DNA of 64,000 bases from Azolla caroliniana (taxonomy: Eukaryota; Plantae; Polypodiophyta): assembly GCA_043228905.1 (NCBI GenBank), contig JBHGNT010000007.1:3906001-3970000 (forward strand), given 5' to 3'. Made by a program: the position numbers and the translations under genes. Under the pieces are notes generated by a model. The model was not told the origin of the DNA. It worked only from the letters and a program-made list of their open reading frames with translations, and did not search any database. Positions 1 to 10,834 of this stretch are shown here, one piece after another (the first letter of the stretch is position 1; each line of letters begins with the position of its first letter).

Positions 1-958
1 GTCGAGTAAATCACAAAGCTCCTTTAACTCTTGGCGGTTGTGTTGGCGGTGAAAATCTTTTATAGATTCTCCCATGCTTCCTTTGGTGTCTCGGCTTCTA
101 GAATGTAGCCGAGCATGTGGTCATGGACACATGTCGTCAAGCAATACATCACTCGGCTTGCCGCTTGCTCCCATTTGCATAGTTGGCGTCTTTCGGGTCA
201 GTTCGGTTTTCTTGTGCTCCTTTGATGTAACCCCAATAGCCTTGGCTGACAAGGTATTGGTGCATCTTGTACACCCAAAATGCAAAGTTATTTCGACCTA
301 GCTTCTCGCTAGGGAGAGCACTCCCCATTTGAGTATTCATTGTTGATGAAGATTTCGTCCTTCTTTTCTTTTCCTTCTCTCTCGAATACAATCTATGTAG
401 TTGTATTATGATAGCGATGGACCAGTTCCTCTCGAACATGAACGTAGAACACAACACACACGGATGGGCTAGATCAAGCTACCAAACCGCTCTGATACCA
501 TGTAAAAAATCGGGTATGATTCTTGTGCGATGGAAGAGATGTGTATTATGTGTATGTGTGAGAGGAATTAAGGAGAGAAGAGAGAACACAAGATAGATAG
601 AAAAGGGAATACTCAAGAAGAAGGTTTATATTCACGAGGAGAATAAGAATTACAAAATGTAGCATTACAAGGAGTCACAACCGACTTAGTATGAAGTATG
701 AGGGTGTTTTATATATAGTCGCCCTCTCTCTTCATTAACTAACTACAACAACCACTCTCTCTTAGAGAATGTGAAGACTCATAGTCATGGGGAATATGTA
801 ATTCATTAGTTATGTGTTATAGAAAATCATTATATGACACATAGTTAATGTGTAGAGAGTAGTGAGAGAGTAGTGGTGTGACTCTTGATCTTTGAGTAAT
901 CATAGATTCTCAAAAGGTGTGTTCACATGTTGCACTATGTTTAGCTTGATTCTCAACA
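1..958 (-). mobile_element. Ty1/copia retrotransposon, 5' part (5' LTR 501-958, PBS 489-500, degenerate gag running off the left edge)
   Basis: On the minus strand the LTR reads TGTTGAGA...TTTACA and is followed by TGGTATCAGAGC (tRNA-iMet PBS). ORF 149-457 contains SEKLGRNNF..W.YKMHQYL, homologous to the gag N-termini at 31965 and about 44830. Confidence 0.85.
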
Positions 959-1332
959 AGGACTTACACCTTTGTACCTATATTCTACTCACACATGTGC
1001 TCCTTTGCACATGAGGTGTATATATACCTCATTGTGGGTATTTTTGTATTCGATGATGCTTTTTAATATTGTTAATCATCCCCCATCTTGTCTCGTTGTT
1101 CATAAGTGTTCTTTCTCTCTTCCTATCACACTCTCACATACATACACACACATCACATAATCTTCCGCCGCTTAATCACATAATTAGGTACTAATTAACC
1201 CGTACTTAATTACCTTATTATTACCAAAGATATTTTACTCAACTTCTCCACTGTCTAACGTTTTGCTTTCTATTGTTTCTATTACAATTGACATGACATT
1301 GTGCCTTTTTGTTTTTTAATTCTACTTGGCAG

Positions 1333-1546
1333 GATTAAGATCAATGTCAATAGAGGACTGACATTTTGGTTTGTGAATGTGATAGAATATGTCACTGGAA
1401 AACAAAGGATAAAGGAGCATTCAAACGAGGTTGGGGGTTCAAATCTACTAGTTTATCCAGTAGTTACGCATAAATTACAACATGTCACCACAATAGAATG
1501 TGGACTTGTCAACCCATACTAGATGCCTCAACGATTGATAGTGCGT
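1333..1546 (+). pseudogene. Degenerate single-exon fragment of the beta-class DNA amino-methyltransferase gene (third copy)
   Basis: After a pyrimidine tract and AG (1331-1332) it reads IKINVNRGLTFWFVNVIEYV..RIKEHSNEVGGSNLLVYPVVTHKLQHVTTIECGLVNPY*MPQRLI. This is collinear with exon 46101-45809 and uses the same acceptor position and phase. It has a 21-bp deletion and a stop, and is cut at 1546 by an LTR. Confidence 0.88.
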
Positions 1547-4357
1547 TGTCGTGGGGAAATCCGGCTACGGGGAGAAAGAAAATTGAAGAGTGCGGTGTCA
1601 TGAAGAATTTCGACCAGAGGCGGAAACCGGGAAATATTGGCTACATCGGCGGGGTGCAGCATGTGCGCTCACCCTTGTACATTTAGTGTGAATAACGAGG
1701 GCGCCATAAAGAGTAATCAAGTCGGGACAAGAATCCCATGTAATAAGGGATTTATCCCACGATGCTACGGATCCCTCTCCTTGTCCTATAAAAGGAAGGG
1801 AGCGCCCTTGGTGAAGGGGTTGCCCATTTTTGGTAGTAGGGTATACTGTTAGAGGAGGAAACATTCTCTCTTCTTCTTTCTTTTCTCTGGTTTTAGGGTT
1901 TCTTCTTGGTCTCCTTTGCTTCTTCTTCGTCACTCTATGAGTCTAGCTTGATACCTGCAGGTTCTGTATCTGCCATGTCTGCTGTGCAAGACCCCGCTCG
2001 GCGCGACGAGCCCGTGAGCTCCCCGACTGGCGACTTGGCAGTAGACGACTATTGTATCTTTCTTCTTGTAAATATACCCATGGAAGATTTTGCGTTTTTG
2101 GTGTCTGCGTGGGTGTTTTAGTGTTTCCTTACTTCTGTTTCTGTACATAAGCGTGAGTTGGGTCTGTTGTGTGCGTGTGTGAGAGTCAATGTTGCGTGCA
2201 TGTTTAGGGTTTAGGCACACCTGGAGAGGAACACCTGGAGAGGAACAAGAGTCTCGCAAGTGGCCATCGCGGCCCGGATCGAAGCATGACTACGGGACGG
2301 TGTTCGGCATGGGCGGTGCCGAACAAAGGAAGCGGAAGATGGCACAAGGGAGGTGCCGGGAACGAGGTGACGGGTGCATAGTAGACTGCACAGGGTCGGA
2401 GTCAGGGGATGACAAGGGAGTCCGGAGGAGGATCCTCCACACTCGCTTCGTAGATCTCGGCAACTCAGTCAGAGTAGCAAAGATTGACACAGAAAGCCCG
2501 AGATGACAAGCTGGTGGGGGTGAGGGGACGACGGCAAGCGGAAGACTCAGGACCTATTGCAGCAGCGCAAGACGGAAAGGGCCAAGCGGGTTTCTACGGG
2601 GTGTTCCTCGGATGCGGAGGACACCGGTATGCGGATGAGCGGCGATGCACGATCTGGCCGGGAAAGGGGCCAACAAGGCGTGCAAAAAACCGGAGTGTGG
2701 CACAGGCAGTGCCAAACAACAGACAAGGAGATGCGGCACACGGAGGTGCCGGAGCGGAAAGGGGAGCGCGAAGATGGGTTGTGCGGTTCGGAGGTAGCGT
2801 GCAGAAGGCCGAAAAAGGATCCTCCACACTGTTCCGAAGACCTTGGCGGTCCGAGCCGACGCGGCGACGTAAGACCAAGGAGAAGGAAGGTGGCGACGAG
2901 GGGATGAAGGCAGTGGGAAACAACGCGGGACGACAATCAGGACCACACGAATGGTCGACGAAGGCCAGGCGGGCCACTACGGGCATTCCTCAAGCGGAGG
3001 ACATCAGGCATACGACGGAGAGCGGAGCGTGCATACGGCCGAACAAGGGCCAACATCGGAAGTACGCATACTACGGAGATCGCGGTGAAGGACCCATCGA
3101 CGGGTCGAACGAGCGTACGGGGAGGTAAGCGCGAAGGAAGAACCGAAGCCGACGATTCAAACCGGCAGTGAGCCGGGATGCGGATTATGGAAGACCGGTT
3201 TCTCACCAGCCGAAATCTCTCACCCTTCACTGGATTTGGCACGTACCGGTGGACGTGCGTTTTGGTGGGGGCAGATGTCGTGAAGAATTTCGGCCAGAGG
3301 TGGAAACCGGGAAATATTGGCTACATCGGTGGGTTGCAGCATGTGCGCTCACCCTTGTACATTTAGTGTGAATAACGAGGGCGCCTTTATGGCGCCGAAG
3401 AGTAATCAAGTCGGGACAAGAATCCCATGTAATAAGGGATTTATCCCACGATGCTACGGATCCCTCTCCTTGTTCTATAAAAGGAAGGGAGCGCCCTTGG
3501 TGAAGGGGTTGCCCATTTTTGGTAGTAGGGTATACCGTTAGAGGAAGAAACGTTCTCTCTTCTTCTTTCTTTTCTCTGGTTTTAGGGTTTCTTCTTGGTC
3601 TCCTTTGCTTCTTCTTTGTCACTCTATGAGTCTAGCTTGATACCTGCAGGTTCTGTATCTGCCATGTCTGCTGTGCAAGACCCCGCTCGGCGCGACGAGC
3701 CCGTGAGCTCCCCGACTGGCGACTTGGCAGTAGACGACTATTGTATCTTTCTTCTTGTAAATATACCCATGGAAGATTTTGCGTTTTTGGTGTCTGCGTG
3801 GGTGTTTTAGTGTTTCCTTACTTCTGTTTCTGTACATAAGCGTGAGTTGGGTCTGTTGTGTGCGTGTGTGAGAGTCAATGTTGCGTGCCTGTTCTCTCTC
3901 TCTCTCTCCCTTCGGTTGCTTCCAGTGTGCTTCTGGGATGCCCCGAAAATGGTGAAGCACGACTTCCTACACTCCGTCACTCCCTAGTCCAAGATCCCCG
4001 TGGTCCCGCCTAGAATTCTACACGTACCCGCGAAACTTCGCGACAGCAGGAACGAGGGTGTGCACGGATGCACACAAGGGTTGTCTCTATGTATAATATG
4101 TGTATATAACATAGGACTGGTAAGTACTAGGGGATAGGGTTTTGATGGGTACTTTAATGTCCCACGCATATAGAAAGGAAGAAGAGTGATAGCTAAGAGG
4201 AAATCGAGGAGAAGACCAAGGACGAAAAGCGGTTGTAGTAAAAGCTTGATGTAACGATCTTCCTCTCTCCTTGTGCCATAAAAAGGGGGGGAGAAGACTG
4301 AGAAAGGGATCCACGATTAGGAGGACGAAGTGTTGTCAATTTGAGTGCCGAGCTCTT

Positions 4358-4410
<53 letters not shown>

Positions 4411-6070
4411 TTTGTTTTGTGTTCTGAGCCAACCGGGAAAGAAGGTGAAGCCTCTGCTTGCGCAGGAAACCCATGAGCTCCTGACCAGAGGTTCACAGTT
4501 TTGTGTGTTCATGGTGGTTGTGGTCCAAAGCATAGTTGTTGGTCAAGTCTGGTTCTATTACTCTCTTGTTAATCTAATTTGTTTTTCATTCTATCCGATT
4601 ACTTCCGTGTTGAGTAAACATCTCCTTCGCGCGTCTGTCTGTCACTCGCATTAGCCCGAGCTCGAGCCCTGAGCCCGTGTGCTCGTTGTCCAACATCAAT
4701 GAATCCATCCGAACCGGATACGTGACCAGACACCAATTCGGCAAGGATATCCAGATGACCTTCCTACTCCCTCTGGCTCCTTGGCTTGAGACCCCCGTGG
4801 TCTCGCCCGTTTCAACACATACCCGCGGAAAACCACGACATAATTGGTGAACCCGACATGAAAAGGGCGGCAAAGGAGCTAGAAAATGAGGGGAAGTGAA
4901 CTTGCGGAGGCAATGGCGGTGGTCGTCAACCGCTTGGTCAGCACGAGCACCCTTGACAAAGCCATTGAGGCTATAGTCGGCGCGATTGGTTGGTTCAATG
5001 GCAAAGACGCGACAAGCTACCTGGAGGCCTACCGGGCCGAAATGCTGATGAGGGGCATTCTGGAGGACAAATGGCTGGTCAGCTTCCCTCGAGCCGCTAT
5101 GCCGAGCATCCACACCTAGGCGCTCAAGGTGCAAGTAAACTGCCATAACTGGGCAGAATTCGAGGGGCATCTCCTCGAAAGGTACGGCTTCGACGACTCG
5201 CTCTGGTTGACGAAGAAGGAAATTATGGAGTGGGTCGAGAGCCCCGACAAAGGCTGAAATACGTCGACACTTCTTTAGGAGTTCGAGAAGCGGTTCTCGC
5301 GACTCTCAACACTAGACTGGACCGTGCTCGATATGTGCAAGGTCCTGTTGTTTGTGAAGTTGCTCAACTTGCTCGATCGCAAGAAGGTGGATCTCTTCTT
5401 GGAGACGAATGAAGGACTCACGGCTGACTAGGATTTGGTTAAAAGATTTTGCGGTCGTTTCGACAAACGGAACGATTGGAATGACGCGGGGCCGTCAACG
5501 ACAGGCCTCGTGACTGGGAAGAAGTTGAGGAACCGATTTCGGCGTGGTCAGAGTAGACGAGACGATGGCTCGAATTGGGGGCAACCCCAACCAACGTGGT
5601 TGCGAGGCCACCTAGTGGTGTGGCTCTGGAGGAGCTAACCAAGATGGTGTGCGATCTCCAGATCGCGCAGGCCCAGAGAGATGGCGAGGGTCAGTCGCGT
5701 GATTAGAGACCTCCGAACGACCTACGATGCCGTGGGCCACGTCCGGAGAGAGTGCACTAATTTCGTAGAAGCACTCAAGAAAAATGTTGTGTACCACTAG
5801 AAGAGATGGGTATACGCGTGTGAGACACGGAAGCCCCTCGAGGTGAACACCGGACGAGGCAGCATGAAGAGGATAATAGAGGAAGTCGCGGCCATCCACT
5901 AATCGATGTCGGTAGGGATCCGGGTAGGAGGAGAGAAGGGTGCCGCATCCGGAAGCATTACTGGATTTTGGTCGCTCGTACTAGAAGGCCTCTCGGGAGC
6001 GAGGCTAAGGAAGGAAGAGGCAGACCACGCGGAGAGACGGGTCCAAAAAGGCACCGGGTGGAGTGATCCT
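1547..6070 (+). mobile_element. Gypsy-like LTR element with tRNA-Trp PBS: 5' LTR 1547-4840 (split by the 1596-4045 insertion), PBS 4845-4862, degenerate gag 4886-6070
   Basis: LTR termini TGTCGTGG...CCACGACA are inverted, followed by PBS TGGTGAACCCGACATGAA. The gag-like motif IGWFNGKDATSYLEAYRAEM is shared with 14717- and 15616+. Many stops; the element ends abruptly at GWSDP. Confidence 0.75.
1596..4045 (+). mobile_element. Internally deleted non-autonomous LTR element (truncated 5' LTR 1596-2199, 3' LTR 3276-4045)
   Basis: 1596-2199 and 3276-3888 are near-identical direct repeats. PPT GGTGGGGGCAGA lies at 3264-3275 and the flanks are GCGG/GCAG. The internal part matches the reverse complement of 11434-12210. 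Confidence 0.85.
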
Positions 6071-8115
6071 GAAACGGACATTAAACTACCATAGAAATAC
6101 AAAGAGTTCTCATACATCTTTGATAAGGTGAAGGCCAATACATTGTCGGAGCATTGGCCATACGACTGCCCTATCGATTTACAACCAGGAATAGAACCTC
6201 CATGGGGCCCAATTTATAATCTCTCCCCTGTAGAGCTAGAGACTTTGCGGGAATATATCGATGAGACTCTAGCAACCGGATTCATTTGGCATTCTACATC
6301 CCTTGTTGGTGCACTTATCTTCTTCGTTAAGAAAAAGAATGGGACTCTTCGGTTGGTCGTGGATTATCAAGGGCTAAACAAAGTTACTATCTAGAATAGA
6401 TATGCTCTACCATTAATCCCGAATCTTTTGGAATGTCTTAGTGGAGCAAAATATTTCACGAAGTCGGATCTTCGCGGTGCATATAATCTAGTTCGGATTC
6501 TTCTGAGGGATGAATGGAAGACTGCTTTTCGCACTCGCTATGGACATTTTGAGTATATTGTGATGTCATTCGGTCTCACGAATGCACCTGCAGTTTTCCA
6601 ACATATGGCGAATGATATTTTTCGAGACTTTTTTGAGACTTTTTCGATATCTTCACTATAGTTTTCTTGGATGATATTATAATCTACTTGAAGACCCAAG
6701 AGGGGCATGATGAACATGTTCGTCAAGTACTACGTCGACTCCGAGAATATGGTCTCTACGCAAAATTAGAAAAGTGTAGTTTCGCCCAGAATCAAGTCGA
6801 ATTTTTGGGGTATGTTGTATCATCAGATGGTATTGCTATGGACCCCATGAAGGTGCAAGCAATTTTAGAGTGGCAGACGCCCCTTTCAGTGTGCGATGTG
6901 AAATGTTTTCTCGGGTTTGCAAATTTTTATCAAAAATTTATTAAAGATTATTCCAAGGTCGTGCTTCCACTCACTCAACTCACACACAAAAATCAGCCAT
7001 TTATATGTAGTTCCGATGTAGCTGAGGCATTAAAAAGCTTAAAACGGGCATTTACAACGGCACTTATCTTAGCACATGTTGACCCAACAAAACGCTTCAT
7101 CCTTGAAGCTGATGCATCCGATTTTGCACTAGGGAGTGTCCTATCACAGACTGGAGATGATGGATAGCTACACCCTGTCGCCTTTCATTCCCAAAAGTTT
7201 GAAGCTGTAGAGATCAACTATGAGATCCATGACAAAGAACTTCTTGCAATTGTGGATTCTTTTCAACAATGGCAACATTTTCTAGAATGTTCTTCTCAGC
7301 AGATCGTTGTTTACAATGATCATAAGAACCTGACATATTTCCAAAATGTTGGAGTCTTGAGTCGGCGACAAGCCCCGTGGGCGCAATTTTTGACTCACTT
7401 CGACTTTGTCATCATATATCGTCCCGGGATGCAGTAAGGCAAAGTAGATGCTCTTTCTCGGCGGTCTTATATGGAACTTCGTCAAAACAAAATCCTTTTG
7501 GGTCCTAATCGCCTACAATTAATGGTAGTTAATGCCATAATAGCTCTTGAAGATTCCACTCTTCTTGATTCCATCCAAGATCATATGGCCACTAATGAAT
7601 TCACCAAGGATGTTTTGGATCATATCGTCCCCGATCGTGGTTCTTGCTCACAGTCAAAAAACCCTCATAATGACTATCGTCAGTTCTATTGGCATGGCGT
7701 TTTCTTGTTTCGACGAAACCTATTGTATGTTCTTGATGGTCCCCCACGACTACAAGTTTTACAACATTACCATGAATCACCAATGGCTGGCCATTTTGGA
7801 GTTCGCAAAACTCTAGAAATAATTCCTTGACACTATTGGTGGCCTCCTCTTCGTCATTTTGTTGAGTATGTTCATAGTTGTGATACATGTTGTCGATCAA
7901 AGAGTCCTCAACATCGATTCTATAGCTTACTACAACTACTTCCCATTTCGGAAAATCCTTGGAAGGCTATATCCTTGGATTTCATTACCGATCTCCTAGT
8001 TTCAAAAGGTTTGATGCAATTCTCACATTAGTTCCCATTTCTTGCCATGTACGAAGTCTTTTACCAGTCAAGAGGTGGACGATCTCATTATGTTGGAGGT
8101 ATTTAGGCATTCCGG
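6070..8115 (+). pseudogene. Ty3/gypsy (Tf2/chromovirus-like) pol fragment: RT, RNase H, start of integrase
   Basis: Motifs [78 protein letters not shown] and HESPMAGHFG. Multiple stops and frameshifts. Confidence 0.92.
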
Positions 8116-8869
8116 TGTCATGATGTTTCTAACACATAGTGTGAAACCACGCTCGAAAAGAAGCAAAATAGTAGTTTAAATAAACTAGTATTGTGAAGTC
8201 AACTTTATTGGTAGCAAAAATACTTTATCATTTTGCCAAAGATAATTCCTTATAAATAAAAGGTCAAAGGATTGAACCTTACAATAAATCATGATGAATA
8301 TTAAGTTAGAGGCGGTTTTCAAAAGTAGACAAAAGTAGATAAAAAGATGGCGAGGAAAAAAAAAAACACGCGTGGATATGAAGAGCATAGTAGAGAAAAA
8401 AACTCATAATTTCCTCGTCAGATGTCCAAATTAGAAAAAAAAAGATGCATAAGAAAGCTAACCCAAAGAGCTTTCCAAGAATATCTTGCATGTGAAATTT
8501 GGGGCTAGAAAACAAAAATAGTGAGGAAAAGAAAAGTGGACTCATATAGACAAGCTTTTTTTTAGGGGAAAAAGGCAAGCAATCCTAAACCTATAAATAA
8601 GAGCCTATTCTAGTGAAGAAGGGGGGGAGGGAGAAGGAACGTGGAAGCTCTACTCAATTGGAAGGCAAAAGAAGAAGGATCAACAACATCGAGAGACATC
8701 ATCAACAAAGAATCACCTTCTTCTATAATCCACTCTCTTCTTTCGTCCACCTCTCTTCCCCCTTCCTTTATAAATTATCTCTCATATTCATATCAAACCC
8801 GTTGTAAAATTGATTCTTTTTATAAAATAATCTATTATATTGTAATAAACTAATGTTTGGTTTCACCTA

Positions 8870-10625
8870 CGTGTCTTATATGTTATCGTCATTTGTGCTT
8901 ATTTGTTTGTGTGTCTTGTGACAAGGGAGCGTTTCGGGCTTGCCCATGCACCTCTCCTTTCACAAAGGCATTCAAACTTATGTATCTCATATGTTATTGT
9001 CATTTGTGCCTTTTTTTGTGTGTGTCTTGTGATAAGGGAGCGTTTCGGGCTTTGCCCATGCACCTCTCCTTTCACAAAGGCATTCAAACTTACGTATCTT
9101 ATATGTTATTGTCATTTGTGCTTATTTGTTTGTGTGTCTTGTGACAAGGGAGTGTTTCAAGTGCCCATGCACCTCTCCTTTCACAAAGGCATTCAAACTT
9201 ACGTTGTCGCGGAAATTCGCGAGTACGTGTCGGCTTGGGCGGGACCACGGGGGTCTTGGACTAGGAAATAGAGGGGAAATGGGAGCTTATCCCTTACGGC
9301 CTTCACGCTCAAAAGGGGAGGAGAAAGAAGAAGAGATTAACACGATAGAGAAATAGATCAAGACAAGGTTAAACAAGCAAATTACACTATAAGGCATGAA
9401 AGCCATGATATGATTACAACCTGGCCATACGCCGGACTCAAGCACAAATAGAGGAAAACCCAAGCGAATAGGAAGAAGAACTAAACCCTAATCGAGAGAA
9501 GGGCAATGATACGAAAGGGGAACCTAAAACCGAAACCCTAAAACGAAATCGAGGAGAAGATGATGAAGAAAATCCTAATGGTCTACCTCTAACGACAAAA
9601 TGGCGACTCCCCAAAGAAAACCCAAAAGTGGAAGCCCCTCAAAAATGGCCCCTCGCTCCGTTTTATAGTAGTAAGGGGTGAGGCACATTACATAAAGAAG
9701 AGGTCAACCCCCCTTTCTTTCAATGGGGGAATATTTGGCCTTGATCTTAGGAGGAGAGATTGATGGAGCCTTAACTCCCTCTCCTCACACACACATTATG
9801 CCCACTACTCACTACACCCATACTTCATGTACTCTCCCTTTAGTCTAAATGTGCATGTGCACATAAGTGCACATCACATTTACACTTTATGAATCTTCGT
9901 AGTGCACTTTTAACACCTTACATTTACCCTTCCTTTTTTACATTTGTTTCTTTTACAAATCTTCCAAGTGCATGTGCAATGTTGCACATCCCCATTTTAT
10001 CCATCCCACTTGGTTTTCTCACCATGGCTGAAAATCCTCGCGACAACGTGTCTTATATATTATTGTCATTTGTGCTTAATTGTTTGTGTGTCTTGTGACA
10101 AAGGAGCGTTTCGGGCTTGCCCATGCACCTCTCCTTTCACAAAGGCATTCAACTTTCGTGTCTTACGTGTTAGTGTAAATCTTGTTTGTGTGTTCGTGCG
10201 ACTTGTGGAAAGGGAGCGTTTGGGCTTGCCCATGTACCTCTCCTTTCACAAAGGCGTTCGAAATTGTGTCTCCCGTGTGTAAACCTTGCTTGTGTGTTCA
10301 CATTTCTTGTAACAAGGGAGCGTTCAGGCTTGCCCATGCACCTCTCTTTTCACAAAGGCATTCGAAACTCTGTCTCTCGTGTGTGTAAGTAAGCCTTTTC
10401 CTTGTGTGTTCGTGTGTCTTGTAACAAGGGAGCGTTCGGGCTTGCCCATGCACCTCTCTTTTCACAAAGGCATTCGAAACTCTGTCTCTCTTGTGTGTAA
10501 GTAAGCCTTTTCCTCGTGTGCCCGTGTGTAAGCCTTCCTCACATGCATTCGTTCGCCTTGTGACTAGGGGTTGGTTCGGGCTTGCCCATGCACCTCTCCT
10601 TTTCACAAACATGTTCAAATACTCG
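8870..10625 (+). repeat. Array of about eight ~110-bp units inside the LTR, interrupted by solo LTR 9205-10045
   Basis: The core GTCTTGTGACAAGGGAGCGTTTCGGGCTTGCCCATGCACCTCTCCTTTCACAAAGGCATTC recurs near 8912, 9024, 9135, 10090, 10200, 10305, 10417 and 10556. Confidence 0.9.
9205..10045 (-). mobile_element. Solo LTR (841 bp) of the TGTCG...CGACA family
   Basis: Termini TGTCGCG...CGCGACA with a perfect 4-bp TSD ACGT (9201-9204 and 10046-10049). The family motif CCCCGTGGTCCCGCC is present in reverse near 9240. Confidence 0.9.
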
Positions 10626-10661
10626 TGCCTTGTTTGTGTAAGCCTTCTTTGTGTTGTGCGT

Positions 10662-10791
10662 TGTCACGTTGTTACGCGCGTGCGTGGAGAAAGGCGGGAC
10701 CACGGGGGTCTTGGACGAGAGAGTGATGGAGCGTAGGGAGTCGTGCTTCACTGTTTCTGGGGCATCCCAAAAACACACCGGAAGCAACCGA

Positions 10792-10834
<43 letters not shown>

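Noticed and set aside
2189-3242. Many overlapping 100-200 aa ORFs in GC-rich internal regions (also 11400-14000)
   Set aside because: No recognisable domains; expected by chance in GC-rich non-coding retroelement interiors, and not frame-conserved between the two copies.
4886-8115. A single continuous gag-pol
   Set aside because: There is an abrupt composition change at about 6070 and no protease; this is better explained as a deletion joining gag of one element to pol of another.
8870-10625. CRISPR-like array (conserved palindromic core with variable linkers)
   Set aside because: The linkers are homologous to one another rather than unique spacers, there are no cas genes, and the array lies inside a eukaryotic LTR.
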